A stretch of DNA of 64,000 nt from Octopus vulgaris (GCA_951406725.2 OX597821.1:29326001-29390000), one strand, 5' to 3'; positions 1 through 14,044 are shown, counted from the stretch's first letter. Notes: generated by a model not told the origin, from the letters alone. Numbers and translations are program-made.

Positions 1-377
1 ATGTGTTTAAGTACATGTGCATGTGTGTATGTTAGAGTTTAAGGGAAAGAGAGTGTTGTGGGTGTAATTTGAAGTGCTTGTTCATATACTTGTGTCATAT
101 GCATTTGTGCAAATGTATGTGTGTGCGCACGTGTATTTGTGCATTTGTATATATATACGTGAGCATGGGTGCATGTGTGTATATGTGCATATTCAAGTGT
201 ATGCATGCACATGTTTTATTCCTTTGTGGATACTTAGGCTTGCATATGCCCATGAGAATATGAATTTACAGTTTTATGAGTGTTTATGACATACATATAT
301 TCATAAATATAAACGCGAGTGCACATGTAGACAGTTACTTACATACATACATAAAAAAATACACACATACATACATA

Positions 378-432
<55 letters not shown>

Positions 433-1164
433 CACACACACACATATCAGTGTGCATATACACGTGTATGAACCTCCTCTAATGGATGTGTGTCTATAAA
501 ATATTTGTGAGTGTGTATATATGTTAAGTTTTAGTGTCATGCAGGACAAAATGCTGATGTAGAAACTTCCAGATACTTATTTAAAAAGACAAAACATGAT
601 AGCGAGGATACACACACACACACACACACACAAACACACACTTATACACACCCACATATAGAGAACTGAGAAAAAAAAGCCCTATAAATTATCTTACAGA
701 AAGGATGGCCTAGATTTCTTTAGAAAACACCAGAGGAAGAAACAAAAATGGAACAAACAAACGAAAAAGACACAAGATATCTATTTATTGAACCATATAT
801 TCTGCAGTCTGTAGTTTGATTATCAATTAGGAGGGTACATTGGTTGGGTATGTGAGCAGCAGTGGTGGTGGTGGTAGTGGTTATGGTAATTTCAATGATT
901 TACTTATTATTTGGTTTATTTTGTTCATTTTTTTGTTGCTTTTGTTGGTGTTTGCTTGCTTTTATTTTTATTTCAGATACAACAGATTTATTTAGATAAT
1001 CTAAGATAGAAGAAAAATATAAAATCTATTTATTGAATTTCTTTATATATATATATATATATATTTCATAGAATGGTTTGTTTGCAATTAAGGTAAATAT
1101 ACAGATAAAATCAGACAGACACACACACAATACTCAAATATATCTTGTTGAGAACCTCTATCTG

Positions 1165-1362
1165 GATATTCAACTGATTAGAAATAGTAGCTAAATCACC
1201 TTCAAATCATATCATATTGTCTCAGAGAAAGACACATTTGATGATACAGCTCTAGGTTCCATGAATATATAAGGAGAAGATAGGCAGTTAATGGGTGGAA
1301 TGCTTTTGATCACAGGGCAACTGGATCAAGACACACATAGGTCAAACAATAACAACAACAGC
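1165..1362 (+). repeat. Old dispersed repeat (family G) ending in a (CAA)n tail
   Basis: AGAAATAGTAGCTAAAT...GGAATGCTTTTGATCACAGG...AAACAATAACAACAAC. Related diverged segments lie at ~1418-1635 (-), ~37750-37880 (-), ~50690-50790 (+) and ~60230-60410 (+). Boundaries are approximate. Confidence 0.45.
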
Positions 1363-1864
1363 ATCATACAGGCTCATCATTGTCTTTATCAGCAATAGCA
1401 TCAGTGGATTTATCCATAGCTGTTTTGTTATTTAACCTTAGGTCAGCAGTGATCAAACGGATGCAAGATAAGGTTTTACAATTTTGATATTTTTACATTT
1501 CAAACAATGAGTATCTAGACCATATTGGTTAAATGTGTCCTGCAGTCATATTAGTAAAGATAGCAAAGTATAATCTGAGGGAAATTTGTTAGCTATTTCA
1601 AGCTGACTAAAAGACCATAGGCTGCTTCATTGGCATTTGGGAGTGCAGTAGGTAATGTAATTTATGCTAGATTTGTAATTCATGCTAGATTTTTCAAGCA
1701 GGTATCATGTTGGGTTATGTTTATATATCTCAAAATTTTCCTTAATATTTCACTTCTGCATCATTATTTCTTCCATCAGTCCTCAGTCTTCTTCACCCTG
1801 CCCTAACAACATAGTAATCTGAATGCTAAAGGATAAAATATGACTGTGTCAAATGTAACGCTTA

Positions 1865-3053
1865 CATTGAACCAGAAAAAGAAATGCAAGATGTGTGTGG
1901 CTCTGAAATATGTTTAATTGGGTTCAAATCCAGATTTAGAGCCGGCCACAGCATGATTCTGAGGTTGTGCTGATGCAGGAAGTCCATGGTGACTTTGGCC
2001 GTGTGTGAGGGAACATTGTCCTGCTGGAACACATGGCTATGGTGGTGATGCATGAAGAAGGGCACAATGCGAGGTCTTAGGATCTGGTTAACACAGCGCT
2101 GCGCTGTGATGCCATTCCTTCTGCCTGCACCAACATTTTGGAACACGAGGCCCAATTCTCTGATTCAGGCCTATAGCACCCCAAATCATGATGCTTTGGC
2201 CACTCCATGTCTTTCCATGACACATGCGCCTTGTAGCATTCACCCTTACTACGCCACACCCTCACTCTGCCATCTGGGGTGGAAATGCAGTACTGGCTCT
2301 TGTCAGAGAAGACTACCAACCTCCATTGTTGATGCTGTCAACGTCAGTGCTGTGTATCCCACTGTAATCATGCCTGATGGTGGTGGGCAGTGAGGTCAAG
2401 CAGGACGATGGCAATACAGGTTGTTGGCAGCCAGCTGACCTCGTACCGTGTTGTCACTGATGGGTTACTGTCCAGTGCCAATGGTCTTGCAAGTTATCAT
2501 GCTGGTAGATTTGAAGTCATCACGGAGGTTTTGCAGGTGGATGAAGTGCTCCTGACTGGGTGTGGTCTCCTGGGGGTGCTCTCAGTAGGCACAGTCTGCA
2601 GTGCTGCTGGTGTTATTGTATCACTGTTGCGGGCAATAGACGGTGCTGACATGGACATTGTAAGCTTTCACATCAACCAGGGCATGCTGCCCTGTTTGCA
2701 ATCAGCTAATAGTTTGTTCTCTCTGCACTACTGACAATTGGGTCATACCTGATAAATCCAAATTCCAAATGCCAGGAACACGGTTCAAGTTGATTTTTAT
2801 ACCCATGACCTCCACAATATGCAAGTGCATTTCAGTTTCCATGACCACTGTTTGCAACTGCCACCCATGGCATTCAACACAGCTACGTTTTGGCGTCTTG
2901 TTTCATGGAAAGTTGAAAGGTTACCTGTTATCAGGGTCCCAGCCATAAACCAGCATGTCTTGGAATATTTACTTACATCTCCAAAATAAATTTTCAGAAT
3001 TTACCATATAAAAATTATATTTGAAAAAATTGCATTTCTTTTGCAGTTCAGTA
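1865..3053 (-). mobile_element. Decayed Tc1-like DNA transposon (Tc1/mariner) with an internal deletion
   Basis: Frameshifted transposase motifs VVFSDKS..DGRVRVWR (2077-2319) and FQQDNVPSH...WPALNLDLNPIKH (1862-2155). Imperfect TIRs CATTGAACCAGAAAAAGAAATGCAA (1865) and TTGCATTTCTTTTGCAGTTCAGTA (ending 3053), each flanked by TA. Confidence 0.88.
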
Positions 3054-3684
3054 TATTTATTTGCATAGATTTGAAGTTATTGCATACTATCCTGTAGCTA
3101 TGACATTTCAGTGATGTGATTGAGCCAGTGATGCTAGAAATACAAGCAAAAAATTCCTCCAAATCAAGCTCTATAGTCCTTCTCCTCATCCTCAGCAGCA
3201 AAAGCAACAACAATAACAACATCCACTTCATATCACCAACCCTCACCTGTTTCCAAACAAGGCAATTTTTCCTCAAGACTTTCAAACATGTTTTCACAGA
3301 AGATTTCAGACAAGTGGCAATGCTTGTATGATGGTAACACTTGTTTCCAATTTGTGTGTAATGTCCAGAAAAAGGAAACACAAATGACTCATTTCTTTCA
3401 GTTCTTGCTGACCAGAATGGTTGGCCCAGGGTGTAATAGAAGAGCCTCTCACAAGGTTTAATCAGTGGGACCGAACCTACAAATGTGTTTGCAAAACAAA
3501 ATTCTTAACCATACAGCCTATCGTTAAAGATAAAAAGAAGATACATTAAATGTGGTATTCTTAGATATACTATGTCTGAATAAAAATGAAATAATATTCA
3601 AGCCGTGACTGTCCATTCTTTTTATTCAATACATCATAGTTCTAAGACCGCATTATTGATGATTCATTTAACTCCATATATTGT

Positions 3685-4055
3685 TTTACTTTTTATCTTT
3701 TATCTTCTACTCATTGTTTCAGTCATAACAAATTGACCTGGTACTTATATTCTAAGTCTGATATTTATTTATCCTGTCAGTCTCTTTTGCTGAACCTCTA
3801 AGTAAGAGACATAAACCAACTGGGGTTGTGAAGTTCTGTGTGTGTGGGGGGAGGGCATGACACACAGACACATGTACAGACATACAAACAAACATATCTA
3901 AGGCAGGCTTCCACACAGTAACATTCCATAAAATTCACTCACAAGGCGTTAGATGTCCCAAGGCTATAATAGAAGACAATAGCTCAAGGTATCATGCAGT
4001 GGAACTTAATTTGAAACCATATAGGTGCAAAGTAAGCTTTTTAGCCACAGAAACA
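3685..4055 (-). mobile_element. Diverged family A SINE copy
   Basis: Degenerate colinear match to family A (TTGTTTCAGTCAT...TCTCTTTTGCTGAAC...AAATTCACTCACAAGGC...AGGCTATAATAGAAGAC). Confidence 0.65.
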
Positions 4056-4289
4056 TGAGGAATATTTAGCTGCTATTTCATCAGATCAAATGACCTAATA
4101 CATAGAGAAGGGAGAGATATCACGTTGCTTTGTTTCTTGTTTTTTTAATTGGGTGTCTGTAGTTGTCATTGCTGCTACAGCTGACGGGTGTGACTTTATC
4201 AGGCTTTGATCAGTCAAACTTTGACAGTGTTAAACTAACCTCAAAGAAGGAAACATGCTTGGCATGAATGATGAAGAGGTGAAGAATTC

Positions 4290-4655
4290 TGAAGATAATG
4301 GCATTGCTGCAGGCGATGGCAATGACAGTGGTAACGATGATGGTGATGATAATGTCGATAACAATGATGTCGATGGCAATGATAACCAGATTACAGCGGT
4401 GCCTACATAATAGAGACAGATATACGAGTATCCTGATAATAATGATGATGATGATGATGATGATGATTGAGACAATAAATAATGATGATGACAACATGAA
4501 AGATAGTGATGATCATAATGGCTAAAGGCAGCAATGCATGATGATTATTATGATGATGATGATGATTATGATGACAGTAGTGAAGATCATGGTTGAAGAC
4601 AGCAATGCGAGTGAGATGATGACAACAATGGCAATGATTATCAGCTAACAACAAT
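4290..4655. repeat. (GAT)n-rich low-complexity tract
   Basis: Degenerate ATG/GAT trinucleotide runs. Confidence 0.8.
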
Positions 4656-5835
4656 TCCTATACGTGATTCATCACAGAATTCCTAGCTTCCTGTGAGTAT
4701 ATTAATTCACCTCCACACATATATTTGAATGTGTGTGAGTGTGTGTGTGTGTTTAGTGGAGATAATATCCAATATCCAAGTTGGTTAGGGCACAGCAATA
4801 CTAAGTAGAGAGGTAGTGAGTGCAAAAGTGAAATGCTCATAGCCCATATCTGATCAGTCCTACATTACTCTAAACCGTGCCATTGTATTGTCAATCATAC
4901 AACTAGCCATCATATCATCCATGCAGCCAGAATCTTTAACACTGCCATCAAACCAAAACTCAATACTTTCAACTTCAGTATATGAAAACTGTAGGTGATG
5001 GTGTGCACACACACACACACACACACACACAGAGCAAATATACAGATTCCAATGTCTTATTTACAACAATAACCATTTCTAATTTAGGCCCAAGGCAAAA
5101 AGATTTTTGAGAGGAGAGGTTAATAAATAGCAGTGAACCTCAGTGTTTGAGTGGTACCTTGTTTTGTTGATGGCAGACTAATAAAAGCGGAGTTGACTTG
5201 GGCAGTATTTAAACACAAGAAGGCAAAGAGCTGGAATAAATACTACAAAGCATGTTTTTTTACAATGCTCTAACAACCCTGCCAATCCTCAGATACCTTT
5301 ATTTGCCAGAGGAATAATATTTGAGGGGAATATTACAAAGACAAGTCACAAATTATAAGGGGAGGTGGATGAGGCTTACAGAGAAACAAAACAACAACAA
5401 AAAAAATAGCCAAAACACAACCAAAAAAAAAAAAGCATGGCGTGGTGGAGTTTGAGCAGAGGTGTGATGAAAACAGAAACTCCAAGAGCAAGATTTTAGT
5501 TAAATCATAATTCACACCACCTCTTACTGGGAGAGGATGGAGCGTGAGAAGTATTCTTCCTTTTTACCTTTACACTTTTATTCATACGCCCGTCCACCAC
5601 CTCCTGCACCTCACCGATCACTAGACCCATCACAACACATTACATCACACTGTGATACATTTAAATGATGTCGATTTAACGTCTTTCTTTCTTTTTTTTT
5701 TTCCTGCAGAATAAAGTAAAGTAGGTAATAGCGCCTGGAGATATAAACATCGACAATAATAATAAATAAAATCTACAAATATATATATAAAATATGTGTG
5801 TGTGTGTGCATCATGCACACATATATACATATGAA

Positions 5836-5876
<41 letters not shown>

Positions 5877-5946
5877 ATGTGTATATATATATACATATAC
5901 ACAAACACATATACACACCCACACATATACATGTGTGTGTGTGTGC

Positions 5947-5981
<35 letters not shown>

Positions 5982-6463
5982 AACACACACATATACACAA
6001 CCACACACACACAAACACACATACACATATATGTTGGTATGTGCCAATACTTGTTCGTCATGCTATTTGCAAGTAAGCCATTTCCATTTCTATGAAGCAA
6101 GGCAGTTGGTAGGTCCCTAGGTGGTGGTACAGCACCTTAAAGAAGCTAATGCATTTAGGTGACGTTCAGCAATCGAGCTGCTAATTCCAGTACTAGCTGC
6201 TAATGGCATGAAATCTGTAGCAGGCCCTTCGGCTGGTTCAAGAGGCAATTGCAAGAGCTAGGTTTAAAAATACGTGCTTGAGTAGAGAGAGATTTGTGTA
6301 AGCGTATGTATGAGTGTACAGAGTGGTGTAAATCGGTATGTACACGTATTTGTATGTATATATATATAATATGTTTCCTTATACATATGTATGTATATAT
6401 GTGTGTGTACATATCTATATATGTATCTAAATCTATCAATCTATCTACCTAAATATATTCATA

Positions 6464-6498
<35 letters not shown>

Positions 6499-6783
6499 GC
6501 ATATAAAACACTGTGTTTTTGGAATGTGTGCATGAACAATGGTGTATCTTTATGTATGTGTGTGTATGTGTGTGTATATATATATATATATATATGTGTT
6601 ATGCGTGGTGCAGAGGTTGTGGATGGATACAGTTTTATATATTTTTCTTTGTGAAAGTGTGTGTTTACAGCTAGTTACATGGTTGCATGCATCATCTGAT
6701 CTATTTGTGGAATCTGGAGATGTGTTCTTTCTTCTGGAAAGCAGAAAATTGGTTAAGTATATGGTTGTGCACGTGTGTGTGTA

Positions 6784-6837
<54 letters not shown>

Positions 6838-9019
6838 GTTGATAGCAAAACAGATGCATGTAGATATGTAATCATTTATTTAAATGGATACTGTTGTACA
6901 ATCTTAATAAATGCATATACTCACTGATATACATATGTGTGTGAGAGTGTGTGGCCATATATATGTGTGTGTGTGTGTGTATATATATGTATGTATACAT
7001 ATATGTGTGTGTTTTTTTGTACACACACACACACACATTTTCTTAAAAATATATTTCCTCATCATCATTATATATGTAGTATATGAAAAAAGGCACACAT
7101 CAATTTACACAGGCATATACCTGCATATTATTAGCACTATCTATGAGTCTGCAGTCAAGATAGGGAGGTACCATAAAATGATAATTAGAACATACATATG
7201 AATCTATTTACACACCTACATTTTGCTATCATTCTATTAAATGGTGTGATTGCATAGAGGCTGCTTACCAGCTGATGCTGGGCCACGGACTCAAAAATAT
7301 TCAAGTTTTAGACATAGTGTCTCTGGTGACAATTGCAGCCAGTTGAATGCTGGAATGTCTAGAGTTAAAAATGGCATGAGGGTAATTGATGAAACTTAAT
7401 TGGAGACTAATTAAAAATAGGAACATATGTTATTGATATATGAATATACAAAAATATAGAACCAGATCTTCTATGGGACATATTTACTTCTCAGATAAAT
7501 GTAATCACAGAGGTTCATGGTATTTTGAATAAAGTGATTAAAAAAAAAAAAAAAAAAAGAGATTCTTCAGATGGTCAGGGAATGGTGATTCACTCAGAAC
7601 TGTTGTATTCAAGATATCTGGAATTTGGTTCAAGCTGAAATTCATAAAATAATGCAATAAAATTGTCACCGTCACTGGCAGTGGTGGTGTACCAGTATCA
7701 CAAGCACTACCACCACCACCACCACCACAATGTAACATTGATTTGTCTATGTTTTTGTGGTTCCGAAATTTGGTGAGGCAAGTTTTCTATTATAGCCAGA
7801 CTCCTTTCTTGCCACTGTCCCCACCTGTTTTCAACTAAGATAACATTTCCCCAGTTGGACATGTTTTCACAGAAAACTGTAAACTAACACTATTTGTATG
7901 AAAGAGACATTTGTTTACAATATGCATGTGATAAAGAAGCAAGAAGAGTATGGCCTCATTGAAAATATATGTCTCTGTACAAAATTTCAGCCATCTAGCA
8001 ATAAAACTGTGGCCTTCAACTTAGAACTACATGCATATACTTTATATATTAGGAAGATAAAAATGTTTATACAATTGTATAAACACCAAAATCCAAGGAA
8101 ACTATTAGTCAGTTGTGATGTGAGAAAAAAAAATAAACATCATTTACTAAAATTATGTTCATGGTGTAGATATAGGTACTGACATTTCAAGAAAAGTTTT
8201 TCGGCGTAAAGTAAACCATTTGATGTTAGGATAGCACTGGGTGATTTTAATTACAGCTATCCTAAACAATAAACTTTCTTTTTGTCACAGAAGTTCTGCA
8301 CTGAAATTGGCAGTGCTCGTGTCTGCCCATGGCATTCAAAGTTACATGAATTTCAGATCCTTAGACAAATAAGCCAAGTGGTTTTCATCAAATGGCACTT
8401 CCCTTTAGCCAGTTTTTTTCTTTTTTGGTTTTGTTACTTTCAATTTTTTTTTCTAAAAGTTTTATATCAGCTTTTTATGTATTTATTCATTTATTACATC
8501 TACATATTGCCAGAACACAGCTGGAAGCATTTATACAACTAACTCTTCCAGGAAATCAGCCAAACAAACCACAGGAAGGAAATCCAAATAAATTGCTTGA
8601 GGCTATAACATAAAAGCAGTAGTATCAAGGTTTGGAAACCCTGGTTATACATACATGCACACATACATGCATGCATGATGCACATATGACTACATACATG
8701 TACATGTAAGACTGGCCCCAGTACACTGCATTCAACACATGACAAAAATCATACAATAATATATGTATGTGAACAGGTTTTGTGAGAGTTGAGGGCAGAT
8801 AGACACACACAAATTTATATTACAGCACACTTTCAAAAACTGTGAACTATAAGTGTATGTGTGTACAATTGATGGCATACCTGGGTAGCAAGAAGTTTGT
8901 TTCCCAACCATATTTTCCATAGCATGGTACCTGGGGCAAGTGACTACTATTATAGCTCTGAGTCAACCTAAACCTCGTGAGTGGATTTGACAGTCAAAAA
9001 CTGAAAGAAACCAACTGTA

Positions 9020-9296
9020 TGTTGTTACACGTCGCTGGTCACAATGCACTTTGCATTGCTTCAGCCTTCAAATGACGCCACCCCACTGGCTAAGTGAGCA
9101 GGCCAACAGAAGAAAGAATGAGAGAAAGTTGTGGTGAAAGAGTACAGCAGGGATCGCCACCATCCCCTGCCGGAGCCTCGTGGAGCTTTAGGTGTTTTCG
9201 CTCAATAAACACTCACAATGCCCTGTCTGGGAATTGAAACCGCGATCCTATGAGCGCAAGTCCGCTGCCCTAACCACTGGGCCATTGCGCCTCCAC
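9020..9296 (-). mobile_element. tRNA-derived SINE, family B
   Basis: The minus strand begins GTGGAGGCGCAATGGCCCAGTGGTTAGGGCAGCGGAC (A box), followed by a GGTTTCAATTCCC B-box-like motif. A second copy is at 25914-26197. This copy abuts an old family A fragment (8925-9019). Confidence 0.85.
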
Positions 9297-9447
9297 AAAC
9301 ATATATATGTATATATAGTCAATTTGAGGATGTCAGGTCCTCATTAGGAATTAAATAATCCAAAACTTGCACTGGTTAATCACTATCATATACGAAGAAA
9401 GTCTCAATGATATGTTAGGGATTATTATAGTAATGCATATTGTTAAT

Positions 9448-10431
9448 AATGAAAGAAAGAAAAGGGAGAGAGAAATTATAGATGTATAAATAATTGATAC
9501 GTATGATATTACGAGGTTGGAAGTTTTCTTTATAAATACAATGCAAATAAAAGAAATGGCAGACATCAAAAACCTACATATATTTTTTGATTCCTGCACC
9601 TAGGTGACTCAGAATTCTAAGCATTTGGGTAGGGTTATATGTTAAGAATTGGTCATCATTTTCAACTATTAAGAGGCAAGAATCTCATCAGAGCTTTATA
9701 AGCTTATATGAACTTATACAACAAAGATTAACATATTTCTTGAAAAGATGCAGATGAATTACAAATAAGTTCAAGAAGTTAGATCATATATACTATTTTA
9801 TTTTATCTTTACATACATCAATAATTCACTAGCTAAATACATACGCATAATATATATGATCTAACTTCTTAAACCTATTAGTACTTCATCTGCATCCTTT
9901 TAAGAAATATGTTAACCTTTATTGCATAAGTACATATAAACTCATACAGCCCTGATGAGATTCTGCCTCATATAGTTGAAAATGGCAGATGCCGAAAACC
10001 TACATATGTTATCGTATTTTATCTTATCATTACTTACATCAATAATTCACAAGCTAAATACACACGCATAATATATATATGATCTGACCTTCTTAAACTT
10101 AGTAATTTGTCTGCAACGTATCAAGAAATATGTGAACCTTTGTTGTGTAAGTTCATATGAGCTCATAAAGCCCTGATGAGATTCTGCTTTGTATAGTCGA
10201 AAATGATGACCAATTCTTGGAATATGACCCTACCTAAATGCTTAGAATTACAAATCACCTAGGAGCAGGAACCGAAACACATATGTAGGCTTATGGCATC
10301 TGCCATTTTCTTTTTCGTGTTTTATAATTTATAATTTATTTGTATTATTTTATAAAAAAACTTTCAACTTCAAAATATCATACAAATAAATTATTTATGA
10401 ATCCATAATTTTCCATTTTCTTTCTTTCATT
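9448..10431. mobile_element. Fold-back remnant, probably Penelope-like element pseudo-LTRs (one inverted and two direct copies)
   Basis: 9448-9792 is a diverged reverse complement of 10073-10431. 9794-9985 is a direct partial copy of 10015-10204. Each copy carries the CTGATGAG hammerhead core. Confidence 0.7.
10161..10297 (+). ncRNA. Putative type I (minimal, PLE-type) hammerhead ribozyme
   Basis: Stem I CATAAAGCC/GGCTTATG; core CTGATGA 10173-10179; stem II closed by GATTCTGCT/AGCAGGAAC; CGAAA 10273-10277; short stem III containing palindromic ACATATGT; GUA cleavage triplet 10285-10287. Confidence 0.6.
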
Positions 10432-10449
10432 TTATATATATATATATAT

Positions 10450-10697
10450 CTGAGACCCCCTTCGGACACGACACAGACCATGGGATTGCACCGAGAAAGT
10501 TACCCTCCCAGGCACAAGTCCGGGCAAGGCTGTTTATGGAAGACCAGCAGTCGCCCATGCATACCGGCTTCCCCTCTCCACATCACCCGTGTTATCCAAG
10601 GGAAAGGAAAAGACCGATACAGCTTGGTACCTGTGATGTCGCAACTCATTTCTACAGCTGAGTGAACTGGAACAACATGAAATGAAGTGTCTTGCTG
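10450..10697 (-). mobile_element. SINE family E, 5'-truncated, with a conserved central domain
   Basis: The minus strand reads AGCAAGACACTTCATTTCATGTTGTTCCAGTTCACTCAGCTGTAGAAATGAG, a block shared with 25385-25500 and 27070-27381, followed by a distinct GC-rich tail. Confidence 0.65.
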
Positions 10698-11057
10698 TGT
10701 GTGTTTGTGTGTATTACTGTCTTCTTTCATTGATTTTGGGAGATCATAGTAAATAAGTGTCACCATCATTTAATTGATGTCCTTTGCTTTTAATCTGCTG
10801 TAAAAACATCTGGTCATGAGGATACATTTATTACCTTACTTGGAAAAAAGTGAAGGTTGAAGAGAGGAAGGGCAACTGACTTGTCTTAACAAATTCCATC
10901 GAACTCATAAGAGCACAGAAAAGTGAACATAATAATGATGATGATAACATTTGGCCATGTTGTAAGAAGGCAATAAATATTGAACTATTTCTTATTGCAG
11001 ATTACCATGATCACCTGTTCAATACACACACACAGAAGTATGTATGTATGTATGAGT

Positions 11058-11205
11058 GCACACTCTCCTACCCTGATGTAATCTCCAGGGATACAGGCAT
11101 CCAGCAACAGGACCTCCGTAATGCCATGATGGACCGTGAAGTCTGGCGTAGCATGGTAAATTCCATTGTCTCGACCACGGTCGAACAATGATGAATGAAG
11201 ATGAT
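11058..11205 (+). mobile_element. RTE-type LINE 3' terminal fragment
   Basis: Translates TLSYPDVISRDTGIQQQDLRNAMMDREVWRSMVNSIVSTTVEQ*, then a (GAT)n-like tail. A near-identical copy is at 38043-38222 (-). Confidence 0.75.
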
Positions 11206-11449
11206 GTATGTATGTGTGTGTGTGTGTGTGTATGTATGTATGCATATATGCATGCATGTATGTATGTATGCGAATATACACATATATATGCATTTTCATT
11301 ATCATAAGCAAATTATTGCAAACCAGAATAAAATATTTAGTGGTTTCAAGTTATCCAAACAAAGTTAAGAATGAAGTTTAAGATAAAACTAAGAATAGAA
11401 AACTGATGCCTCACATGGCAAGCATTTTAAGAACACAGATAACAGCTCA

Positions 11450-11482
<33 letters not shown>

Positions 11483-12668
11483 TTTATATACATACACACA
11501 CACACACACACATATATATATACACACACATTTATATACATATATATATATATTCAAATCTTAGTTGTGATTATTATAAAGACAGAGACATCAAAGTGAT
11601 ATAAAATAAAGCAGTACATTATAGCTGTCAGTTGTTTGATATACAGGATATGAGATTGGATGATGTGTGAGAACAACATCAAAAGTTCACACACAATGGC
11701 AATGTGATGTCTAAGTCAACAAACAGCAGCTCAAGTACTGTAAGTCATACTGTACTGTGTAGATGATCATATCAAAGTATCACTGATCAAATAAATAAAT
11801 AAATAAATACATAAATAAATGATAATAATAGCATATGAAGATGATGTTGAGAATTAAGGAGAAAATAAATAAAAAGAATATTAAAAAAACATAGACCAAT
11901 AGCAAATCAAAACTGTTCCAACAAAAGCGGGTGAATAAAATTAAATAAACAATAGAATTAATAAAATGAACACAAATACAAACACACACACACACTGCTG
12001 TATGTGTTTATATTGTCTACATATATGCGTATACACATGCACACACAGGCACTCTTTTGGAATTCTCTGTCATGAAGTAACCTGTGTGTCTGCGGTCACA
12101 CTTTGTTAAAACAAATTGTGTCCATGCAGACATACAAGGATAATCTCAGTGAAACATTTTCCCACTCGTCAGCATCAGCATCATTTTCATGTCAACTTTA
12201 CCGTACCTACATGTGTCAGAACAAAAACCAATCAAGGCAGGTGTTTTTACAGGTGAATCCTCAACCTGTCATCAAACCTTCAGCTACTTCCAAGCACAAT
12301 AATGTTTGCCGTAGTCCTTCAGCATGAAAATGCACAAGAGGCCAGACATAATTTCAGGCAAGCAAATAATACCACTCATTCGGTGGTGATACTTGCTTAC
12401 AATGAGGGTCCTAATGTCAAGACAAGGAGACATAAATACAGGTGCACATGTGCATGCACACACACACACACATTTAAAGAATCAAAAAGAGATCATTGTA
12501 AATTCTTCATTTGCAAAACACCAGTCAACAAATGGAACATCTATTCTCTCACATATCTAATCAATTATATATCATCAGCAGCAGCACCAGCATCATTTTA
12601 CGTCCAGTTTTTTCTTAATGGCATGGGTTGGACTGTTTGACAGAAGCTGATAAGGCTAGGATCTACAC

Positions 12669-12887
12669 CAGTGGTTTTCAACCAGGGTTCCGCAGAACCT
12701 TAGGGTTCCGTCAGTACGGTCCAGGGGTTCTGCAAGAAGTTACAAAACTGCTAAAATCGGTAGTAATTTTTAATTCTCCTGTGCAGATATGTGTGCATAA
12801 GACTATTAAATTATTGCACAGGGGTTCCTCGAGCTAGTGGAATGTTCCCTTGGGGTTCCGCTCCAGCAAAAAGTTTGAAAAGCCCTG
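12669..12887. mobile_element. Non-autonomous hAT (Charlie-like) MITE
   Basis: Perfect 8-bp TSD ATCTACAC (12661-12668 and 12888-12895). TIRs are CAGTGGTTTTCAACC and AGTTTGAAAAGCCCTG. It is nested in an old family D copy (~12590-12940). Confidence 0.9.
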
Positions 12888-13301
12888 ATCTACACCAAGC
12901 TCCAATGTCAGTTTCAGAACAATTTCTACAGCTAGGTAGGTACCCATCAGATTTGTACAGTTTTTGTCAACCCCAAATCATTCACAAAGCTTTGGTCAGC
13001 CTGGGCTACAACACAAAACATTGGTCCATGATGTCACACTGTGGGACTGAACACAAAACCACACGACAATGAAGCAAACTTCTTAACTATGTAGCCACGT
13101 TTATAGCCTACTACACAGCCATGCCTATACTTCAACTAATATAACATATATAATTATGGTATGCATTATATTCTTACTGATAACAATGCTTTCTGTTGGT
13201 GCCTTGTCATTTTTACGTTCAAATCCCACTGGGGGTACTTGTCACCTTTCAGCTCCACAGATTTGATAAAATAATTATCATTAATAACATGCTACTGTAA
13301 G

Positions 13302-13367
<66 letters not shown>

Positions 13368-13538
13368 GGATAGGTGTGTCTGTGTGTGTGTTTGCCTGTT
13401 TTGTTTCATGGTTCTGTTGTTGTTGTTGTTGTTGTTGTTGTTCTTGTATTATTGATACACATTTTTACCATTATTTATTTACTTGTCATTCTGAAATAAA
13501 TATTTTCAATCCATTTGATAATTTTTTTCTCCTTAGTT

Positions 13539-13581
<43 letters not shown>

Positions 13582-14003
13582 GTATTTTTGTTAATGATGA
13601 GGCTGCTGTTAATGTTCTTGTTGCTGAGATTGTAATTTTTGCTGGCCAACTGTAAGAGGGATGACAATCAGAAGCTGTCAATTTCAGCTGTCTGGTGGGA
13701 AATTAACTCTAATCAAATTGCTTGCAAAGCTTGAACTAAAGTGAGAGAGAGATGGAGTGAGAGAGAGAGAGAGAGAGAGACTGAGACAGCAAGTAAGAGA
13801 AAAGAGAGAGAGAGAGAGAAAAGACAGAGCTGTATTTTTTTTTCTTCGTTACAGAAAGTGAACAATGAATACGTATAAGAGAAAATAGAATTGCTATATG
13901 ATTTATATATACGATATATATATATATGCTGCGAAACTGCAAGAATAAATATTGATTTATTTCTGCTGTGTACAACAATGCTCCTTTTCTTCAGTTACAA
14001 AGC

Positions 14004-14044
<41 letters not shown>

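Noticed and set aside
4210-4654. Ser/His/Ile/Met-rich ORFs
   Set aside because: These are products of (GAT)n low complexity. The same holds for ~54017-54717 and ~58650-59012.
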